Below are positions 19,758-29,207 of a stretch of DNA of 64,000 nt, one piece after another. The position numbers were made by a program, and so were the translations under genes. Positions within the stretch are counted from its first letter, which is position 1; each line of letters opens with the position of its first letter. This DNA is from an uncultured Spirochaetia bacterium (GTDB taxonomy: Bacteria; Spirochaetota; Spirochaetia; CAKZLE01), in NCBI GenBank assembly GCA_937125225.1, contig CAKZLE010000018.1, positions 64,142 to 128,141 of the forward strand, in the 5' to 3' direction. Under the pieces are notes generated by a model, which had not been told where the DNA came from, did no database searches, and saw nothing but the letters and a program-made list of their open reading frames with translations.

Positions 19758-21008
19758 CTACTGGTGTCTCAGACACGATGGGATATCCATCTTGAGTGCC
19801 CGGTTCGTAGGCAGATAGGCTACGAGTGTCGATATGAGGATCCCTGCGAAGAAGGCGATCACGATCGTTCCTGGATTCCAGGCACCTCTGAAGATACCCT
19901 GGATCCTGTAGCCGATATCCATATCACGCATGATGAAGGAGAAGTCGATCCCTACATTGATGATGAAGAAATCGGCAACGATCCCAAGGATCACTCCCAT
20001 GATCGATCCCAAGAGACCGATACCGGCAGCTTCGAGCATGAAGGCGATTCTGATCTTCGCATCTGACATGCCGAGGGATCTCATCATCCCGAGCTCTCGT
20101 ACCCGCTCGAATATCGCCATGAGCATCGTATTCGATATTCCCACTGCGGCAATGATGAAGATCAGGAATAGGATCATCCCGGTTCCCCCACGTTTTGCCT
20201 CAGCAAGGGCAAGATAGTCCCTAGCCATGGCAGTCCAGCTCATAACGGTGAGATCATCGCCATTGAGAAGTTCTTGTATAGCTGGTAACTCGGCATCGAC
20301 ATCTGCGAGGTCCGAGAGCTTGATATTGATCTCAGTCGCAGCTCCATCCATCGCGAGATAGTAGTCTGCCGTATCGAAGGGGATCATGAGAAGCGTTCTA
20401 TTCACATTCGGGTTGGGGCAGTTGAGGATCCCTACGATCTCAAGATCTATGGCCTCATAGAATCCCCCGTTCCCTCTTGCGAGTACGGTGACCCAGCTAC
20501 CGATCTTCGCTCCGATATCCTCTGCGAACCAGGAGCCGATCAGAGCCGCATCCTCATCCTGTTCCAAGAATCTTCCTTCGATGAGCGTATCTGCGTAATG
20601 GAAGACCTCATTGTCTGTGCTCGGATCGATTGCCGTCACGGTGACGGGAAGGTTCCCATCCTCACCGAACTCCTGAGAGCTGAGGATCAGATCCCCACCT
20701 ATACTGATCCTTTTCGTTGCAATGATCCCATTCTCATCCAACCTGTCAATGATCTTATCAGGGTCTGATATACTCAGATCCAAGGGTAACTGTTGGCGGT
20801 TCTCCCAATACTCATCATTGAGTATCCTTGCTGATGCGGTCTCATACCACTTGAGATTTCTCACTGATTCATATTCAGCACCCATGAGCATAGCATCGAT
20901 GAAGATATACATCATGATACCGACTGCTATAGCTCCTGCTGTTATAAGAGTCCTTCTTTTATACCTCGTGAGGTTCTTGAATGCGAAAGTGATGAGGAAT
21001 TTCATCAT
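19758..21008 (-). CDS. ABC transporter permease, FtsX/MacB/LolC-E type (paralog)
   Basis: Same architecture, 416 aa. Stop/start overlap with the ATPase gene. Confidence 0.8.
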   Translation of the reverse strand: MMKFLITFAFKNLTRYKRRTLITAGAIAVGIMMYIFIDAMLMGAEYESVRNLKWYETASARILNDEYWENRQQLPLDLSISDPDKIIDRLDENGIIATKRISIGGDLILSSQEFGEDGNLPVTVTAIDPSTDNEVFHYADTLIEGRFLEQDEDAALIGSWFAEDIGAKIGSWVTVLARGNGGFYEAIDLEIVGILNCPNPNVNRTLLMIPFDTADYYLAMDGAATEINIKLSDLADVDAELPAIQELLNGDDLTVMSWTAMARDYLALAEAKRGGTGMILFLIFIIAAVGISNTMLMAIFERVRELGMMRSLGMSDAKIRIAFMLEAAGIGLLGSIMGVILGIVADFFIINVGIDFSFIMRDMDIGYRIQGIFRGAWNPGTIVIAFFAGILISTLVAYLPTNRALKMDIPSCLRHQ

Positions 21009-21685
21009 GCCCTCCTTTCATCACTCATGATCTGTCCATCATGCAGCAAGACTAGCCGATCTGCGTAATCCATGACCATCTTGTCATGTGTAGAGAATAC
21101 AAAAGTCGTATTATGTTTCTTGTTCATCTGCTTCATCAGTTTAAGGATGTCTTCTCCAGTCTTTGAATCTAGATTGGCTGTAGGTTCATCGGCTAATACA
21201 ATATCGGGGTTCTTGATGAGTGCCCGTGCGATCGCAACTCTCTGTTGCTGGCCACCTGACAGGCGTGAAGGTCTTCTATGTTCCATCCCTTCGAGTCCCA
21301 CCTCTTTGAGCAGGTCCATGGTCCTCTTCTTCACCTCATCCTCTGGTATGTCGAGAAGGGACAAAACGAATGAGACGTTCTCATAGGCGGTCAATACCGG
21401 TATGAGGTTATAGGTCTGAAATATGAACCCGAGGTTGATCCTTCTGAAGTTCGTCTTGTCCTTCTTTCCCATGGTAGAGACCTTCTCTCCCTTGATCTCG
21501 ATCTCTCCTCCATCGAGTGCATCTATGCAGCCTATCAGATTCAACAAGGTGGTCTTCCCAGAGCCTGAAGGACCTGCGATGGAGATGAACTCTCCCTGAT
21601 CTATATCCAGTGAGACACCTCTCAATGCATGTACTACTGTTTCTCCTGCGTGGTAATCTCTGATGACATTCTCAATCTTTATCAT
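21005..21685 (-). CDS. ABC transporter ATP-binding protein (LolD/MacB-type)
   Basis: Walker A GPSGSGKTT, signature LSGGQQQRVAIARAL, Walker B IVLADEPT. Confidence 0.85.
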   Translation of the reverse strand: MIKIENVIRDYHAGETVVHALRGVSLDIDQGEFISIAGPSGSGKTTLLNLIGCIDALDGGEIEIKGEKVSTMGKKDKTNFRRINLGFIFQTYNLIPVLTAYENVSFVLSLLDIPEDEVKKRTMDLLKEVGLEGMEHRRPSRLSGGQQQRVAIARALIKNPDIVLADEPTANLDSKTGEDILKLMKQMNKKHNTTFVFSTHDKMVMDYADRLVLLHDGQIMSDERRA

Positions 21686-21700
21686 GGTGGTTCCTCCCTC

Positions 21701-22843
21701 TTAATCCTTCTCTGTAGTCTTTTTCTTGGTTGTCGTACTCTTTAGCTGCTGTGTCTGTTGCAGCGCTGCCGTGCCTAGGGCACCTCCCATATTCATCTGA
21801 TCCAAGGCAGAGGAGGGCAGCATCATCAGGGTGCTGTTATTCTGTCTGATCCCCTCATACACCATGTTCATCGAACGCAATTGAAGAGCGGTGGGATTAT
21901 GCTCGTAGACCTTTGCAGCCTCTTCGAACTTCTGTGCTATCTCTACCTCTGCAGTACTCAAGATCACTCGAGACTGTCTCTCTCGCTCGGCCTGAGCCTG
22001 TTTACTCATCGCATCTTCCAATTCTTTGGGGATGATGATCTCAGTGATCTCTATAGAGAGTATTGTGACTCCCCAGGGATTGGTCTTCTTATCGAGTTTC
22101 TGTTGAATCTTCTTACCGAGTTCATCTCGCTCTGAGAGTAGGGAACTCAGATCATGCTGTCCGATTCCATCCCGAAGGGCTGTCTGCGCTGAGAGGATGA
22201 CGGCATCGACATAGTTCTCGACCTCAAGTACAGCCTGTTTGGCATCCCAGATCATCCAGAAGGCTAGGGCATCAACATGCACCGGTACAGTATCCTTGGT
22301 CAGGGTCTTCTCTGCACTGAAGTCGGTAGCTCTGATTCGAGTATCTACGAATGCAGCTATCCTATCGACAAAAGGGATGAGAAAGAATAGTCCTGGTCCA
22401 TGGACCTTCTTAAAACGTCCCATTCTCAGGATGACGACCTTGTCCCATTGATAGATGAGTTGGATAGAAGATGAGAGTAGGAACCCAAAAGACCCTGCTA
22501 GTGCCATAGCGGTGAATGAGAGATCAAAATTTGCTAGGATAGAGAACCATAGGCTTATCGTGAGTAATACCGTAACCACCCAAAGCGGCAAGAGTGCCAT
22601 AATGATCCCCCCGAAGAGGATCCCTACTGAGAGCTCAACGATGATCTGGACATCACTATCAGGATAGATAGCGAATTGGATGACGATGCCCAACAGAATG
22701 AAGACCGCTAATACCAGCAAAGATAGTGCATGGTATGAATAGTCCTTATTCAGTTTCTTCGTTTGAATATTCTTTATTCGTTTATTCTTCTCTTCAAAGA
22801 TATTTATCAATTTCTTCCTCCTATTGGCCGCCGTCACGACCAA
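21701..22843 (-). CDS. SPFH/band-7 (stomatin-like) protein with ~120-aa multi-TM N-terminus
   Basis: VVILRMGRF...DTRI...VDAL..W SPFH core and a C-terminal coiled coil. Overlaps the GntR gene by 23 nt. Confidence 0.75.
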   Translation of the reverse strand: MVVTAANRRKKLINIFEEKNKRIKNIQTKKLNKDYSYHALSLLVLAVFILLGIVIQFAIYPDSDVQIIVELSVGILFGGIIMALLPLWVVTVLLTISLWFSILANFDLSFTAMALAGSFGFLLSSSIQLIYQWDKVVILRMGRFKKVHGPGLFFLIPFVDRIAAFVDTRIRATDFSAEKTLTKDTVPVHVDALAFWMIWDAKQAVLEVENYVDAVILSAQTALRDGIGQHDLSSLLSERDELGKKIQQKLDKKTNPWGVTILSIEITEIIIPKELEDAMSKQAQAERERQSRVILSTAEVEIAQKFEEAAKVYEHNPTALQLRSMNMVYEGIRQNNSTLMMLPSSALDQMNMGGALGTAALQQTQQLKSTTTKKKTTEKD

Positions 22844-23225
22844 GCTCCTCTAGATAGTCGATGAGTTCTTCAATGGTGAAACCATACGAATAGGCCTTTG
22901 AGATGAAACTCTTCGACATCTCTGCAAGGACCTCTTCTCTCTGTACTGCAGTGAGTTCGATCTGCTTGTCACTGATGAACGTGCCAGTTCCCTGTTGGGT
23001 CGTCACGATCCCTCGTATCTCCAACTCATTATATGCCCGGGCAACCGTGTTCGGATTGATTCGAAGGTCCACTGCAAGGCTCCGAACGGTCGGAAGCTGA
23101 TCACCCTGGGTCAGCCGTTGGTCAGCAATGGCCATCTCTACCTGCAGGATCACCTGTTTGTAGAAAGGGACTCCGCTTTTAGGGTCGAGACTGAATTCTA
23201 ATCTTTGTAAACTTATTTCAGTCAA
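22821..23225 (-). CDS. GntR family transcriptional regulator, YtrA subfamily
   Basis: 134 aa, winged HTH LPTVRSLAVDLRINPNTVARAYNELE. TTG start preceded by AAGGAG. Confidence 0.75.
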   Translation of the reverse strand: MTEISLQRLEFSLDPKSGVPFYKQVILQVEMAIADQRLTQGDQLPTVRSLAVDLRINPNTVARAYNELEIRGIVTTQQGTGTFISDKQIELTAVQREEVLAEMSKSFISKAYSYGFTIEELIDYLEELGRDGGQ

Positions 23226-23246
23226 AACAGCAATGGCTCCTTCTTT

Positions 23247-23280
23247 GTATTATTGTACTAAAGGTTTAGTACAATAATAC
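23247..23280. promoter_or_regulatory. perfect 16-bp inverted repeat GTATTATTGTACTAAA-GG-TTTAGTACAATAATAC, likely the YtrA-type operator
   Basis: Immediately upstream of the RBS of the YtrA-like gene. Confidence 0.5.
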
Positions 23281-23438
23281 TATAGTACAACTTTTTTTTG
23301 CCGTCAAGGTTCAGCACTTGATTTTTTTTGATGAGAGATCTTTCTGCTGAGGGAGTTTCTCGAGTTATCACGCTGTGATATAATCTGGATGATCTTAAGA
23401 CTCTTTATGAGATCAATAGAACTTGATGGGGAATACAT

Positions 23439-23924
23439 ATGATAGACATTGCATATAACGAATTGATGGAACAGGTGAGAAGAGGGGCTTTTTTGACGAT
23501 TGCCTCTAAGACGGGGGTGAATACCATGACCATAGGATGGTTCCAGGTTGGCTTCTTCTGGGGAAGAGAGGTGATGACTGTTGGGGTGAGACCTTCCCGT
23601 CACACCTTCTCCTTCATAGAGGAGAATCCCTTCTTCTCCGTGACGATCCCTGAAAGTCGACAGTTCAAGAAGGAGTTGGCCTTCTGTGGTACGAAGTCGG
23701 GGAGAGACTATGACAAGTTCGATATCTGTAATCTCCCAGTCCAGTACTATGGTGAGGAGCATATCCCCTATGTGGCTATCCCCGGGGAGCATCTGTTCGG
23801 AATGACGGTGAACACCTCAGTGATGGACAGTTCCCAGACTGACAGTTCGCTCGATAAGTATTATAAGGATGGAGACTATCATACTCTCTATATGGCTGAG
23901 ACTATTGGACATCTGAAGGTGTGA
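23439..23924 (+). CDS. flavin reductase-like / FMN-binding split-barrel protein
   Basis: AFLTIASKTGVNTMTIGWFQVGFFWGREV pattern of the flavin-reductase-like domain. Confidence 0.6.
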   Translation: MIDIAYNELMEQVRRGAFLTIASKTGVNTMTIGWFQVGFFWGREVMTVGVRPSRHTFSFIEENPFFSVTIPESRQFKKELAFCGTKSGRDYDKFDICNLPVQYYGEEHIPYVAIPGEHLFGMTVNTSVMDSSQTDSSLDKYYKDGDYHTLYMAETIGHLKV

Positions 23925-25275
23925 ACTCCCTCTCCCAGACCTCCTCGAGCTGTTCAGATACCTGCTGAAGCAGGTACTGAGAAGAATCGGTGATATAATC
24001 TAGCCGCTGTCTCCTAGTGAGATCGGTGCCTTCAAGTAGTGTTGATAGGTTCATCGGTTCTCCGATATACAGGGCAGCCTCTTTGCCCTTGGGGGTATAG
24101 CGGGTATTGATATTGCCGCCTTTCATCCTGTTTATGATATCGAGAAGGTCAAGGACATATTCACAACACCTTCCAAGAGAGCATCCCGGGTAGATATAGG
24201 AGGGATCAAGATACTCTAGTACGTCGACTATCTGCGAGTGGCGGAGATAGATATGGGCCTGCATGGCATCAAGATCCTCGATAGACCTACCAAGAGGGGG
24301 AAGTGCTTCAGGATCATGATCATCAGGTCTTATGGCATAGGCTCCGGTATACCTCACACGAAATAGTCGGTCAAGCCAGCTACCCTCGGCCTCCAGTCCT
24401 GCCATCTTCTCTGCTGTCTGTAATGATACCTCACAGATCGATGTGATCCTATCCTCTGCTCGAAGCTGTGTTTCGATCTGATAGAACTCTTCAAGAATGG
24501 TAAGAGTCTTGTCAGTGAGTTCTTCTAGTAGCTGTATGATCGGAGAGAACTCCTTCCCGAGAACCCGTATGCCGGTCTCCTCTTCCCAACGAGTGATCAC
24601 CTCCCTGATGAACTGTTCTTTATGGTCACTGTGATGATAACCGATGGCGATCGGGATGATGGTGACATCCTTGTTGCTTTCCTCACCCCAGGTTGCGAGA
24701 GAGGAGACTCCTGAGGAGATATCTGCACAATGATACATATGGTAGGAGACCTGAGACTCGGGAGCAAGCGCGATAGGGAAGGTCCCTTCTCGCATCTCCC
24801 TTCTTAAGATATCGAGACCCTTCCTGTTCGATCCACGATTCTGGACCGGTACGCATCCTATTCTCGGAAAGAGCCATACGGCTGCTTTTCCTGCCCAGTT
24901 GAGGACATCCTTACCATAGAGGAAACGTGCATGAGGAATGATCTTCTCCTCATGGGCTCTTGATCTGTTGAGTCGTCTGATAGATCTGTTGAGTCTGCGT
25001 GAGAGGACATACATCATCACTGGAGCATCTTCTTTGGCAACGTGCCTGAAGGTGAGGATCAAACGGTGGTCATCATCGTAGAAGCGTCGCAACTGTTCGA
25101 TCAGTCGCTGCTCTTCTATGATCTCGACCCTCTTTACTCGTTCGAAGAGTCTTAGATAGACTCCTCCGATAAGGATCATGAATCGTCTTGTACCAGCAGA
25201 GTATCGTGGTTCTACGAAGCCTCTTCCTCTAGATGCTCTCGGGATCGATAGGATCTGTTCACGCCTCTTACTCAT
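23902..25275 (-). CDS. PlsC-like acyltransferase domain protein with ~250-aa C-terminal extension of unknown function
   Basis: FRHVAKED (HX4[DE]-like) and IALAPESQVS (FPEGTR-like) acyltransferase motifs. Start overlaps the stop of the MFS gene by 4 nt. Confidence 0.4.
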   Translation of the reverse strand: MSKRREQILSIPRASRGRGFVEPRYSAGTRRFMILIGGVYLRLFERVKRVEIIEEQRLIEQLRRFYDDDHRLILTFRHVAKEDAPVMMYVLSRRLNRSIRRLNRSRAHEEKIIPHARFLYGKDVLNWAGKAAVWLFPRIGCVPVQNRGSNRKGLDILRREMREGTFPIALAPESQVSYHMYHCADISSGVSSLATWGEESNKDVTIIPIAIGYHHSDHKEQFIREVITRWEEETGIRVLGKEFSPIIQLLEELTDKTLTILEEFYQIETQLRAEDRITSICEVSLQTAEKMAGLEAEGSWLDRLFRVRYTGAYAIRPDDHDPEALPPLGRSIEDLDAMQAHIYLRHSQIVDVLEYLDPSYIYPGCSLGRCCEYVLDLLDIINRMKGGNINTRYTPKGKEAALYIGEPMNLSTLLEGTDLTRRQRLDYITDSSQYLLQQVSEQLEEVWEREFTPSDVQ

Positions 25276-26693
25276 CTTGCCTCCTCGATGATGACAGGTT
25301 CTAGACGAGCTGCGATCATCTTGTCATAGAACTCCTTATTGATCGGGTAGCTTGCCAGGATGATGATACCGATCACATAGAAGATGACTGGGATCGGACC
25401 ACAGAGAAGTTTGATACCGGTGATCGTAGAATCGGTTGCGACCGTACCAGCCTGATACCCGACGATCGAAAGGATCCAACCATTGAGCGCGAGTGCCAGA
25501 GCTTGACCTATCTTGCTCATGAAGGTCCAGAGACTCGAGAACACTCCCTCTCTCCTGACTCCATCATAGTTCATACTGTCATGTTCGATGACATCGGGAA
25601 GGATAGAGTGGGGCATCACATAATGGGTCGAGAGTCCGACCCCTGCAAGAGCCATGACTCCACAAGATATAAGAGCTCCGAGCTGTTCTCCTCCCAGAGA
25701 GAAAACGAGAATCCCGACGGCCATGATCCCCATCCCTATGGTATAACTATTCTTCTTCCCGATCCTCTGAGAGATCTTCACCCAGATCGGGATGAACAGG
25801 AGACTCATGGCTAGCAGTGCCATCAGAGCGATCTGAAAGAGTCCCTCATCTCCAAACACATTGGCGAAGTAGTACACTAGAGCGCCTTGGACCATAGTGG
25901 TTCCGGTGATGAACAATGCCCAGGGGATGAGTGCTTTGAGAAAGACCTTGTTCTTCAAGGCCTCTTTATAGGTCTGAAAGAACCCAGCCTGTTTCGAATC
26001 CTGGACATGATCGGGTTCCTTGACCGTGAAGATGGTGATCATCATCGTGATCAACATGATCGCCCCCATGATATATCCCATGACAGTCCAGCCTAGTTCA
26101 GGATTCTCGAAGAGCCCGATGATTGGGAATACTGCTCCAGCTCCGAGGAACGTCCCGACCACTGCGAAGCTCATCCGATACCCGGTGAGGATGGTCCTCT
26201 CGTTAAAGTCCTGAGTGATCTCAGGGAGCAGGGCGGCATAGGGGATGTTCATCAGTGTATAGGCAGTATTGAGAAGGCAGAAGACCCCAGTCATGTAGAA
26301 GAACATTGGCATCTGTCCATTGATATCAGGAATGGTGAACATCAACCCCATGGAGAACATGCCAATGATCGCTCCTACGAACATGTAGGGGCGTCGTCTC
26401 CCCCAACGAGACCGTGTCCTATCAGATACGAATCCTGTTACCGGATCGGTGACAGCATCCCAGATCTTACCGATCATCAGTACTGTTCCAGCAAGAGCGG
26501 CAGAGAGTCCGACGACATCGGTGAGAAAGTAGAGAAGATAGAAACCTATGATGGTGAAAAAGAGATTCCCCCCCAAGTCACCTATGCCGAAACCGATCTT
26601 GGTCTTCCGTGTTACCTGACTCATGTTATGCCTACCTTTTTCATTTTTGTCATTATATACAGAAATAACCGGTTTGTGGGGGTAATTTTTCAC
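25272..26693 (-). CDS. MFS transporter, GPH (MelB/MFSD2A-like) family
   Basis: 12 predicted TMs, DRTRSRWGRRRPY motif between TM2 and TM3. Confidence 0.75.
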   Translation of the reverse strand: MKNYPHKPVISVYNDKNEKGRHNMSQVTRKTKIGFGIGDLGGNLFFTIIGFYLLYFLTDVVGLSAALAGTVLMIGKIWDAVTDPVTGFVSDRTRSRWGRRRPYMFVGAIIGMFSMGLMFTIPDINGQMPMFFYMTGVFCLLNTAYTLMNIPYAALLPEITQDFNERTILTGYRMSFAVVGTFLGAGAVFPIIGLFENPELGWTVMGYIMGAIMLITMMITIFTVKEPDHVQDSKQAGFFQTYKEALKNKVFLKALIPWALFITGTTMVQGALVYYFANVFGDEGLFQIALMALLAMSLLFIPIWVKISQRIGKKNSYTIGMGIMAVGILVFSLGGEQLGALISCGVMALAGVGLSTHYVMPHSILPDVIEHDSMNYDGVRREGVFSSLWTFMSKIGQALALALNGWILSIVGYQAGTVATDSTITGIKLLCGPIPVIFYVIGIIILASYPINKEFYDKMIAARLEPVIIEEAR

Positions 26694-26750
26694 AACCTAT
26701 AGGCTATTTGCATCATCGAGTCCCCCTATGATAAGATGGCCTAGGAGGAG

Positions 26751-27455
26751 ATGATGAGTGATAGAGGTGACCTATGGGCACACAGGGTCTTACGACTTGC
26801 ATTTGTAATACTCTGTATACGTATCTTTCCCCATGCCGGGACACTCCTAGCAGACTATCTGCCGGTAGATAGATGGAGCCCTCTCTGGGATGTGATACAC
26901 CACGGGGTACAACTCCTACTGACGCTCGGTGTGATGATGTTCCTTTCAAGGAGTCTCAGCCTCAGGGATATCGGGTTCAACCTCAATCATGCCTCCTGGA
27001 GTCTCAAGTGCTCTGGAGTTTTCGCAATCATCTGGATAGCAGGTGTCGTAGTCTGGGTCCTCTTCATAGGGACAGACCTGAATCCTCATATCGGTGAGAT
27101 CCTATACTCCTTCACTCTTGAGGGACTCTCAGAAGAGCTCCTGTTCAGGGCTTTTGTCATTGGGATGCTCCATCCTGTGTTCGCCCATACCTTTCCGTTG
27201 TTGAGAAAGGGGATATCAGTAGCGGGTATTATCTCGATAGTCCTGTTTGCTCTTGCACCTCTTGCGATAGTCTTCGATCCCTTCTCGATCAGCTATGTCG
27301 ATCCCCTCGTTCAATTATTGACCATCTGTTTCGCACTCATGTATGCGATCATGTTCGAATACTCCCATTCTCTCTTGGGCCCAGTCCTCGTCCATAACCT
27401 CTCAAACGGTATTCTACTTCTCGTCATATATCTCTTCAGGTTATTCGGTGCTTGA
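26751..27455 (+). CDS. CPBP family intramembrane metalloprotease (CAAX protease/Abi)
   Basis: EELLFRAFV motif 1 plus conserved His residues in TM helices. Confidence 0.7.
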   Translation: MMSDRGDLWAHRVLRLAFVILCIRIFPHAGTLLADYLPVDRWSPLWDVIHHGVQLLLTLGVMMFLSRSLSLRDIGFNLNHASWSLKCSGVFAIIWIAGVVVWVLFIGTDLNPHIGEILYSFTLEGLSEELLFRAFVIGMLHPVFAHTFPLLRKGISVAGIISIVLFALAPLAIVFDPFSISYVDPLVQLLTICFALMYAIMFEYSHSLLGPVLVHNLSNGILLLVIYLFRLFGA

Positions 27456-27651
27456 TTATCTCATTTTGAGATAGTATATTGGTCCTAGTAAGATCTAGCG
27501 GTGATGGTCTCCACACCGACTTTTAGAATATCTTATGAGAACGATAACCTTTAAAGAAGGACTTGATCTATGATGGACAGGTACCACAGTAGAAAATACC
27601 TCACAATCTTTTCACATATAGATGAATTCCTTCTTGTCCCAGACAAGGAGT

Positions 27652-28446
27652 ATGCCTGTGAACACACAAGACTTCCAGAAACGAAAGATAGATAATATAC
27701 CGATCACGATGGTCACCTCCTATGATAGTTGGAGTGCTGCCCTCATTGAGAGATCCTCTATAGATACGATACTCGTAGGTGATAGCCTTGCTATGGTCAT
27801 GCATGGTGATACCACCACGCTCTTAGCAGACTCTCAGATGATGGCTATGCATGTCAGGGCCGTCAGACGAGGTGCCCCCAACAGTTTCATCATCGGGGAC
27901 ATGCCCTTCTTGAGCTATAGGAAGGGGTTGCTTCCCGCCATGGAGACCGTCGAACTATTGATGCGTTCCGGTGCGAATGCGGTGAAACTCGAGGGAGTCG
28001 ATGGTCATGAAGATATCATAGAACATATCATCAGATCGGGAGTCCCAGTCATGGGGCATCTTGGTTTGACTCCACAATCGGTACACCAGTTCGGAGGTTA
28101 CCGGGTCCAGGGGAAGGGTGATGAAGATCAGAGCAGGATCATCGAACAGGCAAAGCGGCTCGAAGAGCTTGGCTGTTTCTCCATAGTCCTCGAGTGCATC
28201 CCCTCAGACCTCGGCAGGAGGATCACCGAAGAGCTCACCATTCCGACTATCGGTATCGGAGCGGGTAATCAGGTTGATGGACAGGTACTCGTACTGCAGG
28301 ATCTCCTCGGTCTCTCAGGAGAGAGGCCTCCTAAGTTCGTCAAACAGTACCTTGATGGCTCCTCTTTGATCATTGATGCCCTCAATCAATATGACCATGA
28401 ATCGAAGGACCGTACTTTCCCGACTGCCAAGGAGAGTTATAGATGA
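27652..28446 (+). CDS. panB: 3-methyl-2-oxobutanoate hydroxymethyltransferase
   Basis: KLEGVDG...GHLGLTPQSV...IGIGAG motifs. ATG at 27652 with AAGGAG preferred over the track start. Confidence 0.9.
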   Translation: MPVNTQDFQKRKIDNIPITMVTSYDSWSAALIERSSIDTILVGDSLAMVMHGDTTTLLADSQMMAMHVRAVRRGAPNSFIIGDMPFLSYRKGLLPAMETVELLMRSGANAVKLEGVDGHEDIIEHIIRSGVPVMGHLGLTPQSVHQFGGYRVQGKGDEDQSRIIEQAKRLEELGCFSIVLECIPSDLGRRITEELTIPTIGIGAGNQVDGQVLVLQDLLGLSGERPPKFVKQYLDGSSLIIDALNQYDHESKDRTFPTAKESYR

Positions 28447-29207
28447 GGATCATACGAGACCCAAGAGCATGGAAAGAGACTCTGAGAGATCAGAGAAAGA
28501 AAACAGTGAGCATCGGCTTCGTTCCGACTATGGGAGCTCTTCATAGGGGGCATATGAGCCTGATCGAGAGATCGATCGAAGAGAATGATGTCACAGCAGT
28601 GAGCATCTTTCTCAACCCAACACAGTTCAACAATGCTGATGATCTGAAGAACTATCCTTCGACCTTCGAAGAGGACTGTAGGCTCCTCGAGGCTATAGGA
28701 GTCGAACTCCTGTTCACACCGACCTATGATGATATCTATGCCGATGGATTTACCTATCAGGTCAATGAGACAGAACTCACCGGTCGTTTCTGCGGGGCAG
28801 CAAGACCCGGACATTTTACCGGGGTATTGACGATCGTCCTGAAACTATTGATCCTCACCGCTGCAGATCGAGCCTATTTCGGGGAGAAGGACTGGCAACA
28901 ATACCGCCTTATCGACGGTATGGCAAAGAGTCTCTTTCTCGACACACAGATCATCCCCTGTGAACTCATCAGAGAGGAGAGCGGTCTTGCCTTGAGTTCG
29001 AGAAATGCACTGCTGAGTCTCGCTCAGAGAAAGATCGCGCCCTATTTCCATCAGATCATATCCTCCGGGATAACGATCGATCAGATGGAGCAGTTATTAG
29101 TAGAGCACGGGTTCCGTGTTGATTATATAGAAGAATGGGAAGATCGGCTGCTAGCAGCAGTCTTCCTAGGTGAAGTGAGGTTGATCGATAATGTCAGAAT
29201 CAGTTAA
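28443..29207 (+). CDS. panC: pantoate--beta-alanine ligase
   Basis: GFVPTMGALHRGH HIGH-like motif of PanC. Confidence 0.9.
   Translation: MRIIRDPRAWKETLRDQRKKTVSIGFVPTMGALHRGHMSLIERSIEENDVTAVSIFLNPTQFNNADDLKNYPSTFEEDCRLLEAIGVELLFTPTYDDIYADGFTYQVNETELTGRFCGAARPGHFTGVLTIVLKLLILTAADRAYFGEKDWQQYRLIDGMAKSLFLDTQIIPCELIREESGLALSSRNALLSLAQRKIAPYFHQIISSGITIDQMEQLLVEHGFRVDYIEEWEDRLLAAVFLGEVRLIDNVRIS

Noticed and set aside
18678-20217. Series of + ORFs (83-151 aa)
   Set aside because: All lie antisense within the two FtsX permease genes. Their composition mirrors the coding strand. Spurious.
23304-23792. 162-aa minus-strand ORF
   Set aside because: Overlaps the better-supported plus-strand flavin-reductase-like gene (23439-23924), which has a recognisable domain.
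27456-27500. ATCTCA-TTT-TGAGAT hairpin after the CPBP gene
   Set aside because: Only a 6-bp stem and no T-run. Too weak to call a terminator.
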